Source: a virus
Strand: one strand, 5' to 3'
Length of the DNA stretch: 64,000 nucleotides
Virus record (IMG/VR): IMGVR_UViG_3300025669_002431
The first letter of the stretch is position 1. Every line of letters begins with the position of its first letter. The position numbers and the translations under genes are program-made. The notes under the pieces are model-generated. The model was given only the letters and a program-made list of their open reading frames with translations, made no database searches and had not been told where the DNA came from. Below, piece by piece: positions 43,927 through 53,725 of the stretch.

Positions 43927-44735
43927 AAAATAATACCTTTCTTTTCTAAAAAATTCTCTAATGCTTGTTTTTCATATACTCCACTTTTCTTTAGATTTTC
44001 CTCAGCTGATAATATTTGTAAGTTATCTAAAGAATTTATAACTTTAGGATCATCTATTCCATTTTCAACAAAAGATTTTATTGGAATAATATGATCAATA
44101 TGATAATTGGTTGTATCTTCTTTCCAAAGATTATAATTTTTACACTTCTTTAAATGTTTTAGTAAATCTTGTCGAGAATAACCCAAAGTTTTTTCTGTAC
44201 TTCGAGACTTTCTTTTTCCTGTTGCCTTCGTGGTACAAAATAAAAGAGATTTACATAATATATGAATCCGTAGTTTATCTTCGACTTCTTCCCTATTTGG
44301 ATTCCACGATTTACTATTTTTACCGCTTGTTCTTTCTTTTCTACATTGTTTACACAAACTACCTTTTCCATTATTTCTTCTTTTGCTGATAAAATGAGAT
44401 AGAGTTATAGATGATATATTCCCACATCTACATCTATATTTCATTTTTGTTTTATTATTAATATATTCTTTTTCAAGGAGTTCACAACCCTTATCGAAAA
44501 AAATCTTTTTAATATCCTCATAATTAAACTTATGTAAATCTTTTCTATTTTTAGCAGAACAACTTCTACAATAAGGAGACCGTCGTAATGTATTCCAAGA
44601 ACTATTTTTTTCTTTTCCGCAAGAACAAATGCATTTTATTTTAGTATGCGGATTAACATAAATTTCTTCTAATAATTTGCATCCCTTATCCTCTAAATAT
44701 TTTCGTATATATTCTATTGTATATTTTTTATTCAT
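43917..44735 (-). CDS. HNH-type endonuclease with Cys-rich N-terminus (paralog family 2)
   Basis: YHIDHIIPIKSF...LDNLQILSAEEN. Multiple CxxC pairs. Paralog of 46199..47008. Confidence 0.6.
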   Translation of the reverse strand: MNKKYTIEYIRKYLEDKGCKLLEEIYVNPHTKIKCICSCGKEKNSSWNTLRRSPYCRSCSAKNRKDLHKFNYEDIKKIFFDKGCELLEKEYINNKTKMKYRCRCGNISSITLSHFISKRRNNGKGSLCKQCRKERTSGKNSKSWNPNREEVEDKLRIHILCKSLLFCTTKATGKRKSRSTEKTLGYSRQDLLKHLKKCKNYNLWKEDTTNYHIDHIIPIKSFVENGIDDPKVINSLDNLQILSAEENLKKSGVYEKQALENFLEKKGIILCV

Positions 44736-45478
44736 TTTCTTCTATCATTCTCTTTTATATACTTGTCAATTCTTTTTTTATTTTTATCAAACCGTTGGAA
44801 TTGAGGATGTAACTCTGATATTTTATTCCATATCTCAAACTCTTTCTTGTGAGCCTGATCGTTCCTAGATCCTCTTGTCCTCCTATAGTAAAACAACGGG
44901 CCTGGGACCCTTATTCCATAGTGTCCTGCTTCCCCTAGTTTTATACCGAACTCCCAGTCTTCATACCCTTCCAGTGTTGTATTATATCCTTTTACTTCCC
45001 TAAAATCTTTTTTATGATATAGTGCTGTATTTACAAATTGATTTTTAGCAGCATAATTTTTATAATTATATTTACCCATTATTTTTATCTCATTAAATGC
45101 TCCAAAAAATTGTACATCGGTATATACTATATCATGTCTTCCCATTGGAGTTATAAACGGATAACATTTTGAAATAAATCTTGCATCTATTTTATCATCC
45201 GCATCTAGTGGTAAAATATATTTCCCCCGCGATTGTCTAATTGCTTTATTTCTAGATATGGCGGGACCCTTAGTATCTTTATTATTTATTGATCGTATTC
45301 TTTTATCTATTTTTTTCCATTTAGAAATTACATCACTTGTATTATCAGTGGACCCATCATTTATAATAATGATTTCAAAATTTTGATATTTTTGTGCTAA
45401 TACTGATTTTATACATTCCCCTAAAAATTTACCATGATTAAAGCAGGGAATTATAACAGAAACTAAATGTCTAATCAT
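44732..45478 (-). CDS. family-2 glycosyltransferase (GT-A)
   Basis: VSVIIPCFNHGKFLGECIKSVLAQKYQNFEIIIINDGSTDNT signature, DxD (LDADD). Confidence 0.82.
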   Translation of the reverse strand: MIRHLVSVIIPCFNHGKFLGECIKSVLAQKYQNFEIIIINDGSTDNTSDVISKWKKIDKRIRSINNKDTKGPAISRNKAIRQSRGKYILPLDADDKIDARFISKCYPFITPMGRHDIVYTDVQFFGAFNEIKIMGKYNYKNYAAKNQFVNTALYHKKDFREVKGYNTTLEGYEDWEFGIKLGEAGHYGIRVPGPLFYYRRTRGSRNDQAHKKEFEIWNKISELHPQFQRFDKNKKRIDKYIKENDRRK

Positions 45479-45479
45479 T

Positions 45480-46208
45480 TTATAATAACTTCTTTTCCCA
45501 TTTATCTCTATCTTTTCTGATTTTCTTCATTGTGTCTTCTATTTTACGTTTACATAATTTAGGCTTATCTGTTTTATCGCATTTTGACATCTGAGATAAT
45601 AATGCTTCTTCTATTTCTTTTGATCTTTGTATTTTACAAATATATAAATCCTTACCACTATATTTCTGGCACTCACCATGTACATGCTTCCTATATAATT
45701 TTCTAGTTACTAATGCTATAATACCAATTACTGCTATAGAAGATACTAGTGCAGCAGTACCTTTAATATGTTTCCAATCCCCGTGAATTTCTTTTGCTCT
45801 TTTACTTATATCATTAACTTTTGCCATGACTAGATCCATTGTATCAACAAATTTTGTACCCATCCTAGGAATATCTCTTATCTTACCTTTAGAAGGACCA
45901 CTTAGAACATCTATCTGAGATTGCCTATCATCAATTCTACTCATTAACCCCTCTCTAGATGTCTCTGTTAATAATAGTTCTTGAATGTGTTCGGTAAAGG
46001 TATCAAATAAATTTTCACAGATGTTTAATCTATCTATCATTTCTTCTGTACTAACTGTATCATCTGTTACAATTTTATTTATGCTAATCTCATAAATTTC
46101 TTGAATGGATCCTGGCTCATCTAGTTCTTCTCCGACTAGAGCTTCCATAAGATCTCCTAGAGCGCGTTTAAATTCTACGCTCATCAAAAAACTTTCACTT
46201 ATGTACAT
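45480..46208 (-). CDS. hypothetical protein with C-terminal TM segment
   Basis: 242 aa. TM TAALVSSIAVIGIIALV near the C-terminus. Confidence 0.35.
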   Translation of the reverse strand: MYISESFLMSVEFKRALGDLMEALVGEELDEPGSIQEIYEISINKIVTDDTVSTEEMIDRLNICENLFDTFTEHIQELLLTETSREGLMSRIDDRQSQIDVLSGPSKGKIRDIPRMGTKFVDTMDLVMAKVNDISKRAKEIHGDWKHIKGTAALVSSIAVIGIIALVTRKLYRKHVHGECQKYSGKDLYICKIQRSKEIEEALLSQMSKCDKTDKPKLCKRKIEDTMKKIRKDRDKWEKKLL

Positions 46209-47008
46209 ATGATTTCCTCCTCGATATAATCTGTGGTGGTATTTTTTAAATATTTATTAAACAAAAGTTTATCGCATTTTGAACTCTTTTTCCAATTACT
46301 ATGACTTGGTAATATGCGTAAATTATCAAGGGCATTTATTATTTTAGGATCATATATTTTTTCATCTATAAATGATTTTATTGGAAATATATGATCTATA
46401 TGATAATTATAAGAGTTATTCTTCCAATTCTCAAATAATGGATCTCTTTTGAGTTTATTTAAAAAGTCACCTCTAGAATATCCAAGCATGTTTTCTGTTT
46501 TGCATGTTTTTTTATGACCTGTTGCTTTTAATGTACAATATATTAGAGACCTGCATGCTACGTCTACTTTTCTCCTTACTTCTATTTTTTGCCTATCTGG
46601 ATTCCAATTATAATGATTCTTTCCCGATCTCTTTTTTATAGCACATTTCATACATCTCTGACCTTTCTTAAAATCTGAAAATCTTATATTTGAAGTGTTT
46701 CCACAAGAACAGATGTAAATTAATGTAGATTTATCATTCCTGTAGTTATCTAATAATTCGCACCCATTTTCTTTAAAATACCCTTCAACATAATCCTGAG
46801 TATGTTTTTTATATTTATTAGTTTCTGCATAATTACATTTTTTACATTTATGTTTCTTTTTAAAATGAAGAAATTTTATAAATGATATATTTCCACAGGA
46901 ACACCTAAATTTTATCGGATATTTAGTACTTCTATAGGTATCAATTAGTTTACATTCATATTTTTTAAAATATTCTTCAACATATTTTTGATTATATTTT
47001 CTATTCAT
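46199..47008 (-). CDS. HNH-type endonuclease with Cys-rich N-terminus (paralog family 2)
   Basis: YHIDHIFPIKSF...LDNLRILPSHSN. Shares WNPNRE/WNPDRQ and YCT(L/T)KATG blocks with 43917..44735. Confidence 0.6.
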   Translation of the reverse strand: MNRKYNQKYVEEYFKKYECKLIDTYRSTKYPIKFRCSCGNISFIKFLHFKKKHKCKKCNYAETNKYKKHTQDYVEGYFKENGCELLDNYRNDKSTLIYICSCGNTSNIRFSDFKKGQRCMKCAIKKRSGKNHYNWNPDRQKIEVRRKVDVACRSLIYCTLKATGHKKTCKTENMLGYSRGDFLNKLKRDPLFENWKNNSYNYHIDHIFPIKSFIDEKIYDPKIINALDNLRILPSHSNWKKSSKCDKLLFNKYLKNTTTDYIEEEIICT

Positions 47009-47017
47009 ATATTCTCT

Positions 47018-47266
47018 CTACCACTTATTTTTTGGGCACGATTCATTCTTCAGTCTCGTCTTGTGGCGCAAAATACACCCGCATGCACTACATTTATGTA
47101 CTCTAGTTGTACTTTGTTTATATTTTAAAGCAAATTCACAGTTTGAACAAATTTTTCTTCTTCTTTTAATTTCTTCTTCAGATGCAAGACTTATTCCCGT
47201 AACGGATTTAGTAACTCCAGTTGCGCCATGAATAACTCTTTTAATTTCTCTTATACGTTTATGCAT
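47018..47266 (-). CDS. small zinc-ribbon protein
   Basis: CSNCE...CSACGC...C cluster. 82 aa, basic. Confidence 0.4.
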   Translation of the reverse strand: MHKRIREIKRVIHGATGVTKSVTGISLASEEEIKRRRKICSNCEFALKYKQSTTRVHKCSACGCILRHKTRLKNESCPKNKW

Positions 47267-47267
47267 A

Positions 47268-47714
47268 CTAATCTTTCTCTGGTCTTGCTTTTATAAATAA
47301 CCAGGACTTCCCCGACCTCGGATTCTTCTTTATTCTTTTTCTATCTTGACTAACAAAAGCCGGAGGCCGTATTAAAGTAAATTTTCCATCCATAATAGGA
47401 CCTTCTACTACAAATGTAATATGAAACTTTCCCCATCCCCTAAGCTCAATCATTCCCTTCTGTAGTACCTTAACTATTCCCTCTCCAAACTCCCCTTTAG
47501 GAATTACATAGTGGTCAGCTTTAAGCCACCACATATCATGGTCGTGTCCTTGCATAGCTAAAGTTTTTTCATGAACGTCAGGAATTCTATGTTTAGGAAG
47601 TGCCCAAGAAGCTACACTTAATCTATTAGGATATTTAATTCTAAGATCATAGTGATGCTTTGCTCGTCCCATACTATAATGATCGTGTAAAATATATGGT
47701 AAAAATCTAGCCAT
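47268..47714 (-). CDS. LigD-type 3'-phosphoesterase (PE) domain protein
   Basis: AKHHYDLRIKYPNRLSVASWALPKHRIP...GHDHDMWWLKADHYVIPKGEFGEGIVKV...GWGKFHITF matches the LigD PE signature. Confidence 0.75.
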   Translation of the reverse strand: MARFLPYILHDHYSMGRAKHHYDLRIKYPNRLSVASWALPKHRIPDVHEKTLAMQGHDHDMWWLKADHYVIPKGEFGEGIVKVLQKGMIELRGWGKFHITFVVEGPIMDGKFTLIRPPAFVSQDRKRIKKNPRSGKSWLFIKARPEKD

Positions 47715-47725
47715 TATTACCCCTT

Positions 47726-48052
47726 CTATATTACCTTTATTTTCGTAATAACTCTTTCCTCATAAACTAATTTATGATTGGTAATATCTACTAACCGAAC
47801 TAAAGTTATTAATAGTTCATTATTACCTTTATATTTAGTTTTAAACATAGGCTTACTGATTTGTAATTCAAATTCTGGTAAATCATCAGCCCCACCAGAA
47901 TTTAACTGCTCTTCTTGCTTTGTATATTTATCTGCAACTTTTTTTAATTTACTAACAGCCTTTGAGATGTTATCAAATTCTGCTAACTCTATTGATACTT
48001 TTGAAGTCTGTAATCCTTCATTTAAAAATATATCCGAAATAGATCTTTTCAT
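47726..48052 (-). CDS. hypothetical protein
   Basis: 108-aa ORF. Confidence 0.35.
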   Translation of the reverse strand: MKRSISDIFLNEGLQTSKVSIELAEFDNISKAVSKLKKVADKYTKQEEQLNSGGADDLPEFELQISKPMFKTKYKGNNELLITLVRLVDITNHKLVYEERVITKIKVI

Positions 48053-48076
48053 TTTTATATTCCTCTATTTTAATAA

Positions 48077-48337
48077 TTATGATGACGGAAGTTTAACCAT
48101 CACTACACCAGACGGAAGAGCATATATAGTACCTGGTGGTAATATCGCTAATGGAATCGGGGGAACAATCGGAATATTATTGATTATAAGAAACCCGTCT
48201 TCAATTTTAACATCTCCTAACTCAACATTAACCCCTTCTTCTCTAAGATTAAGTATATTATACCTACCGGTTTTAACAATAATTCCATTCTTAACTTGAA
48301 GTCCATTACCGACTCTAGTAGTTGGAAACCCAAACAT
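48077..48337 (-). CDS. hypothetical protein
   Basis: 86-aa ORF. Confidence 0.3.
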   Translation of the reverse strand: MFGFPTTRVGNGLQVKNGIIVKTGRYNILNLREEGVNVELGDVKIEDGFLIINNIPIVPPIPLAILPPGTIYALPSGVVMVKLPSS

Positions 48338-48348
48338 AAATATACTCC

Positions 48349-48495
48349 TTATTTCTTTTTCGCTGCTTGTTTCTTTTTCATACTTCTATATGCTAGATAT
48401 CCAGCACCACCTGCCGCCACTGCCGCCCCTCCCACTCCTACTATTACCGCCGATTTCTCTTCTAAATAATCTATAAACATATTAGATTCATGCAT
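48349..48495 (-). CDS. small single-TM protein with Lys-rich tail (48 aa)
   Basis: Not in the ORF track. MHESNMFIDYLEEKSAVIVGVGGAAVAAGGAGYLAYRSMKKKQAAKKK has holin-like architecture. Confidence 0.35.
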   Translation of the reverse strand: MHESNMFIDYLEEKSAVIVGVGGAAVAAGGAGYLAYRSMKKKQAAKKK

Positions 48496-49072
48496 TGTTA
48501 TTTTCTCCTATGATATTAATCATATCTTTAAAACTTTCTGAACTACACTTAAGGATATCTTCAAATAAATATATATCTACTGTGTCTTTCCATTTATCTA
48601 AAAACATCGCTTTTATATCAAGAGTAATATATTCTTTTAGATTACAAGTGAGAGTACTTTCACATATAAACAATTCTGGTCTATAATTTTGTTTTGCAAT
48701 AAGTATAGGATGTTTACGTTCTGACAATCCTATCTCTTTAGTCCCATTCCACCATCCCCGAAGCCCTGTCTCCTCACTACCAGTAATGAGGTCCCATAAA
48801 TTAATTTCTTTGTAATGTTTACACTCTACAATTACTTTTTCAGAAAAAATAGCTGTCTCTTTAGATGTGGATGCTATATCTACAGCTTGCCCTTCAGTAA
48901 CTAACCCTTTCTTAGCTCTGATAGTATGTCTTCCACCGCTAGATTGAGAACGCCAAAAAAGATCATCCCGCTTCCCATCACTCCAAAGCTTAGAAAGGTC
49001 TCTAGCAACTTTTCGTTCAAACCGTCCACCTTTTTCCTTAGAGTTCATTTTATCTACCTTTATATTTTTCAA
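48488..49072 (-). CDS. putative PD-(D/E)xK-family nuclease
   Basis: GRFERKVARDL...AVDIAS...VIVECKHYKE has D...ExK spacing consistent with the restriction-endonuclease fold. Weak. Confidence 0.4.
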   Translation of the reverse strand: MKNIKVDKMNSKEKGGRFERKVARDLSKLWSDGKRDDLFWRSQSSGGRHTIRAKKGLVTEGQAVDIASTSKETAIFSEKVIVECKHYKEINLWDLITGSEETGLRGWWNGTKEIGLSERKHPILIAKQNYRPELFICESTLTCNLKEYITLDIKAMFLDKWKDTVDIYLFEDILKCSSESFKDMINIIGENNNA

Positions 49073-49345
49073 TTTTATTGGTAAAACTAGAGATGATTTT
49101 ATTAGCCACGTTTATACAGCTTCTTTTATGTTGGGGAGTTTTTCCTTTACCACAATGTTTACTCACATTGGATTTAACTGTACGTCTATAATGGCTCAAT
49201 CCTCTTACCATACATGAGTTATACTTTGAGGGATTACTTTTATATTTATTACAAACAGACTTCGCCTTTCTTACAGAGGTTCCGACATACCTCCAAGAAA
49301 AATAAGAATTTACTGTGTTCTCTATAAACTTCTCAGATATATACA

Positions 49346-50248
49346 TTATTTTAACCTCACGTATTTAGGATTAATATTAAACCTTTCTATTAGGTCTTTC
49401 TCTGTCCCAGTATAATCGGTCTTTTCCTTTAATCTTGGATCTCTATCACACAAATTAAATTCGTGATCGTATATAAACCACATAGGATCACTCTTATCTG
49501 TGTATCTAACTACACTCTCTGGAAAAGCTTTGTCATGCATAGTAGTATGATAGCTATGCCAACATGTTTTAAACTTCTTGTAATCTTTATTAAATTTCTC
49601 TATTGTATTTACGAATGGTCCATATCTATCTTCTTTGGTCATGAGTTTACTTTTTCCATCGGGTCTCTTTAGGGCCATTACGCCACTTGTAAAACAAACC
49701 ATAGAAAATTCTCTATTATGTTTTATACAATACGGAAGCCAAATGTTTTGTAGTCTATCTATAAATGTTTTGTTAAGAGCATCATCATTATCTAACTTTG
49801 TGAATATAAACCACTTCTTTTTAATGCCTCGATCAATAAGGAGATTTTGTATTATGTGTGTCTGATATCTAAATGGATCCTTATATGGTATAAGCATTGG
49901 ATGCATTCGATTATATTTTCTGTATGATTTTATATCAGTTGTATCCTTATCAAAAAAAGTAAACCATTCGAAATTCTGATTCGTTTGATTTAACATAGAT
50001 GGATAACAAATTTGATCAAATAATTCTGTTCTTTGTTGCATCCATTTTTTACCAATTCCTTGTTTAAGAATTGGCTTTTGCCAATTTCGTTTATATTCTC
50101 TTCCAGTATGCCCTACGTTTTTACTTAGATTAATATTGAAATGGGTTATGACAATATGACATATATCGTTTGGATTTATTCTAAACTTTCTAAGGGACTT
50201 TAGTTCGTCCTGATATTTTTTATTGTTCTCAAACCAGACTGGATTCAT
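49346..50248 (-). CDS. putative GT-A-fold glycosyltransferase
   Basis: DxD-like TKLDNDDAL, a 300-aa globular ORF. Confidence 0.3.
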   Translation of the reverse strand: MNPVWFENNKKYQDELKSLRKFRINPNDICHIVITHFNINLSKNVGHTGREYKRNWQKPILKQGIGKKWMQQRTELFDQICYPSMLNQTNQNFEWFTFFDKDTTDIKSYRKYNRMHPMLIPYKDPFRYQTHIIQNLLIDRGIKKKWFIFTKLDNDDALNKTFIDRLQNIWLPYCIKHNREFSMVCFTSGVMALKRPDGKSKLMTKEDRYGPFVNTIEKFNKDYKKFKTCWHSYHTTMHDKAFPESVVRYTDKSDPMWFIYDHEFNLCDRDPRLKEKTDYTGTEKDLIERFNINPKYVRLK

Positions 50249-50260
50249 TTATGTATCTTT

Positions 50261-50842
50261 CTATTTTATTCTTGTTATAGTTCCAGTGTACGATAGAAAT
50301 GCTGCTAATGGAATGCTCCAAAACAAGGTGAGAAACATCCCAGTAAATATTGGCCCCCAAAATTTCATAGCATTCCCTGCATCTGCATCAGCAACTATTT
50401 CATATGTTGCCCCTTTAACTTCTACGGTAAACTTATGATATGGATTGGAACCAGAATTCCATCTAACATTACAATCTATATTTTTAACTCCTTTTGCATC
50501 GGCGACCACCTTACTTGAGAGCCCACCCTTTGGAAAAAGTGCTATGTTTGCCCCTAACATTTCTCCCTTCTTTTTAGGTAATCCTGAATCAAAAAGCATA
50601 TACGATGTAGCAGCACCAGCCAACAGCTGCCAACCTACTTTTTTTGATCTATCTTCTGCCTGAATGATAGTACCCCCTCCATAATAACTACCTTCTTTTA
50701 AAACTTCTGGACTTAGAAGTTCTTCAATTTTCCGTTCACTTACATATGTTTTCTTTTCCATTGCTACTTCTCCATTGCTACTTCTCATATATTTATAATG
50801 TGTACACATTACAACCACAGTCCCAAATACGATCATACCCAT
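50261..50842 (-). CDS. membrane protein (N- and C-terminal TM segments)
   Basis: MGMIVFGTVVVMC... and ...IFTGMFLTLFWSIPLAAFLSY. Confidence 0.35.
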   Translation of the reverse strand: MGMIVFGTVVVMCTHYKYMRSSNGEVAMEKKTYVSERKIEELLSPEVLKEGSYYGGGTIIQAEDRSKKVGWQLLAGAATSYMLFDSGLPKKKGEMLGANIALFPKGGLSSKVVADAKGVKNIDCNVRWNSGSNPYHKFTVEVKGATYEIVADADAGNAMKFWGPIFTGMFLTLFWSIPLAAFLSYTGTITRIK

Positions 50843-52634
50843 TGAGTTGCATATTCTGCCACTCAGTTAAATTTGAATCAAATGATTCTAATAAATTTTT
50901 TAATTTATGCTTCTGAAATTTAATTCTAGAGGATCTATCTCCATTCTTAACATAATAATAAGAAGGCTTAGATTTAGAAGTAAAACTAAATCCATTCTTT
51001 AAATAAACTTCACCAGTTCCATATCTTAAATCACAATATGTGATAATTGATTTAGGATTATATTTAGTTTTAAAATACTTTAATAATTTAGAGAACCCAC
51101 CAACAACACTAGTATTAATCTTATTACAAAATCTTAATATTTCATATTCGTATTTTTTATTATATCTGGATTTACCAATGGTTAAAATAGAAACTAATTC
51201 GTCTTCGAAATATAGTCCATATTGTGTTCCTTTGATAGAACCCTGAATGTGGTTATCAAATAAAAATAATTGGGCATTATCATTTGCAACTTCTTTAATA
51301 GTACATTTACGAGCAAATACCCGATATTTAGTTAACCCTAGTTTATTTTTGATTATAGACTTAACAATTTCTAGCTTATCAATCCATTCATCTTCGAAGA
51401 CATGTAAAAGATTTATTCCTTTTTCTTTACATTTATAAGTTTTATCCAAGTGATAATCTTTATTTTTACCATTAAGATCCGAATGCCAGTATAAACCATT
51501 ATATTCGATAGCAAGGTTATTGGATAGTATGTAGACGTCGAGTTCCTTACCGATTAATACAGAGCGGTCATTCTCTATTATTTCAATATCGTCGGTTAAG
51601 ATTGATCTACAAAAATCAAAAATCTCTTTCTCACCTTTGGAACAACTATTCAATTTAGGATAACAATTTGAGCATCTTGGGATTTTGCCATTGTCTACAC
51701 TATCGTTAAAATCATTTCCACATTTAATGCAGTTCCAAGAATATTCAAAATCAACCCCTTGAAAATCATTCTCTGTGAAATTTGGAGCGCATTTATTTTT
51801 AAGTCGATCAGAATTAATAAGATTAGTGAAAAATTTGCTTCTTCTTTTTTGTGTAGTATTATATATTATTTCATCTAATTGCAGAATTGTTTTTACACCA
51901 TATTTCTTTAAATTAGTTTTCTCAATTTTGTCTCTAATTTCTTTAGAGTTAGAAGCGTGTTCTACACCATATTTTTTTAGATTTGTATTTTTAATTTTTT
52001 CTTTCACTTTTTCAGATTGGAAAACACATTCAACACCATGTCGGTTCAAATTAGTTTTTTTAATCTTAGATTTAATATCTTTATTCTGACCAACATTTTC
52101 AACACCATATAGTTCTAAATTAGTTTTCTTAATCTTATCTCTTATTTCCTTAGATTGTAGTGGATTTTCAACACCATATCGTTTCAGGTTAGTTTGTTTC
52201 ATTTTAGTTCTTATCTCTGATGACTGGCCGGAATATTCTACACCATATTTTTCTATCATAGTATGTTTAGCACGATCTCTGATTTTTTTAGATCTCGATA
52301 CATGATCTACACCATACCTTTTTTGAAATGTTTTTTTAGTTTTAATTTTAGTCTCTTCAGCTTGCAATGTGCATTCAACACCATATCGTTCAAGACTGCT
52401 TCGTTTTCGTTTTTCTACCCCGTGTTTTCCGCCGCACGACGCCGAACAAGTTTTAGTAAATCCTTTGCCAAGTCCTTTAAAGTTACATAACTGGCCACAT
52501 ATAGGACATTTATTATTAGAATTAATATATTTTAAATAGTATATCATAATATTTATTTTATGAAAACTACGGATATGTCCTGATAGTTGAACTAAATTCT
52601 TAAATTCTTTATCACATATTTTACAGTTTATCAT
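50793..52634 (-). CDS. modular endonuclease: C2H2 zinc finger + about 8 NUMOD3-like 29-aa repeats + Vsr/DUF559-like nuclease domain
   Basis: CKICDKEF...HIRSFH C2H2. Tandem repeats KTNLxxYGVExxxQSKEIRDKIKK. C-terminus DVYILSNNLAIEYNGLYWHSD...GINLLHVFEDEW matches the Vsr-like endonuclease core. Confidence 0.55.
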   Translation of the reverse strand: MINCKICDKEFKNLVQLSGHIRSFHKINIMIYYLKYINSNNKCPICGQLCNFKGLGKGFTKTCSASCGGKHGVEKRKRSSLERYGVECTLQAEETKIKTKKTFQKRYGVDHVSRSKKIRDRAKHTMIEKYGVEYSGQSSEIRTKMKQTNLKRYGVENPLQSKEIRDKIKKTNLELYGVENVGQNKDIKSKIKKTNLNRHGVECVFQSEKVKEKIKNTNLKKYGVEHASNSKEIRDKIEKTNLKKYGVKTILQLDEIIYNTTQKRRSKFFTNLINSDRLKNKCAPNFTENDFQGVDFEYSWNCIKCGNDFNDSVDNGKIPRCSNCYPKLNSCSKGEKEIFDFCRSILTDDIEIIENDRSVLIGKELDVYILSNNLAIEYNGLYWHSDLNGKNKDYHLDKTYKCKEKGINLLHVFEDEWIDKLEIVKSIIKNKLGLTKYRVFARKCTIKEVANDNAQLFLFDNHIQGSIKGTQYGLYFEDELVSILTIGKSRYNKKYEYEILRFCNKINTSVVGGFSKLLKYFKTKYNPKSIITYCDLRYGTGEVYLKNGFSFTSKSKPSYYYVKNGDRSSRIKFQKHKLKNLLESFDSNLTEWQNMQLNGYDRIWDCGCNVYTL

Positions 52635-52637
52635 AAC

Positions 52638-53363
52638 TTATCCAATATCGATTATAACGGCTGGCAAACTACCTCTTTCCATTTTTTCTATCAAATCTCT
52701 TCGCATTTCTTGTCCCTCACTTAGGAGAGCGTCAGCATTTAATGGAATTTGACCAAATGGGGTATTAATCTCAGTATATCCTCTGCGAATACTTCCTATC
52801 ATAATCATTGTATCAGCTAGGCAAAGATCCATAAACACTCTATGAAGAGATACTGGGATCTTTCTAAGATCATCGGGATGAACTCTTTCATATTCAACAA
52901 CAAAATTAGTAGCTAATGTACTTATACTATCGTCTCCTAATACCTCTACAATATTAGGAGCTCTAAATCTATATGTCTTACTCCATGCAGAGAAAGGTGA
53001 AAAAAATCTTGCTTTAAATACAGACAAAGACCACCATTTCATACCTTCAAAACTAGTTGCTCCTGTAGGTGGGTGGCCTGAGATAAAATTATCAGTGCAT
53101 GGCCAATAGCATTCTTTAATCCCCAGAATCTCACTGTTTTCTTCATCGAAGAAATAATACCAACTATTTCTAGTATCGTGTTGATACTCTGCTATATGAG
53201 GAAGTACACTTGTACGTTCTGAATCTGGATAGTATTGACTAAACTCTTTAAGAGATGTGAGCTTACACCAATCTTTGATCTCTTCATCTGTCTTCTCTAT
53301 GAAGGATGATGGAAGAGCCAATCTACCTTTTACATATGTTAAAACTTGATTCCAGGTTAGCAT
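52638..53363 (-). CDS. hypothetical protein
   Basis: 241-aa ORF. Confidence 0.4.
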   Translation of the reverse strand: MLTWNQVLTYVKGRLALPSSFIEKTDEEIKDWCKLTSLKEFSQYYPDSERTSVLPHIAEYQHDTRNSWYYFFDEENSEILGIKECYWPCTDNFISGHPPTGATSFEGMKWWSLSVFKARFFSPFSAWSKTYRFRAPNIVEVLGDDSISTLATNFVVEYERVHPDDLRKIPVSLHRVFMDLCLADTMIMIGSIRRGYTEINTPFGQIPLNADALLSEGQEMRRDLIEKMERGSLPAVIIDIG

Positions 53364-53365
53364 TT

Positions 53366-53725
53366 TTACGTTCCTATTTGTTCGTCAAACCAGTCTGATG
53401 GTTCGTCCAATGGGCTAATGATATCTACTCCTATTACAATAGAGTTTTCTGTTTTAGGTGTAGCGAAAATAGGAGTATTAAATAACTCGATTATTCTCGG
53501 ACGGAAGTTGAAAATACTAGCAAGAGGGTGATCCCCAATATTATAAGAAAGTTTATATCCTGTGCAGACACAAGTATTACTTCTATACCCTTCTCGTTCG
53601 TAACACTTAGGCTTGATCCAGATTCCATCTATTTCTTGGTCAAGAAGCTCTGGATGAGTTTGTAACTGATTCAACAGATCTCTTCCAGTCATAATAATCC
53701 TCCTATATAAAAATATTTTCAACAT
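53366..53725 (-). CDS. hypothetical protein
   Basis: 119-aa ORF. Confidence 0.35.
   Translation of the reverse strand: MLKIFLYRRIIMTGRDLLNQLQTHPELLDQEIDGIWIKPKCYEREGYRSNTCVCTGYKLSYNIGDHPLASIFNFRPRIIELFNTPIFATPKTENSIVIGVDIISPLDEPSDWFDEQIGT

Noticed and set aside
51800-52560. Regularly spaced about 87-bp DNA repeats, which could be taken for a CRISPR-like array or satellite
   Set aside because: They are in-frame coding repeats of the NUMOD3-like protein (50793..52634). No short direct repeats with unique spacers are present, and none occur elsewhere in the window.
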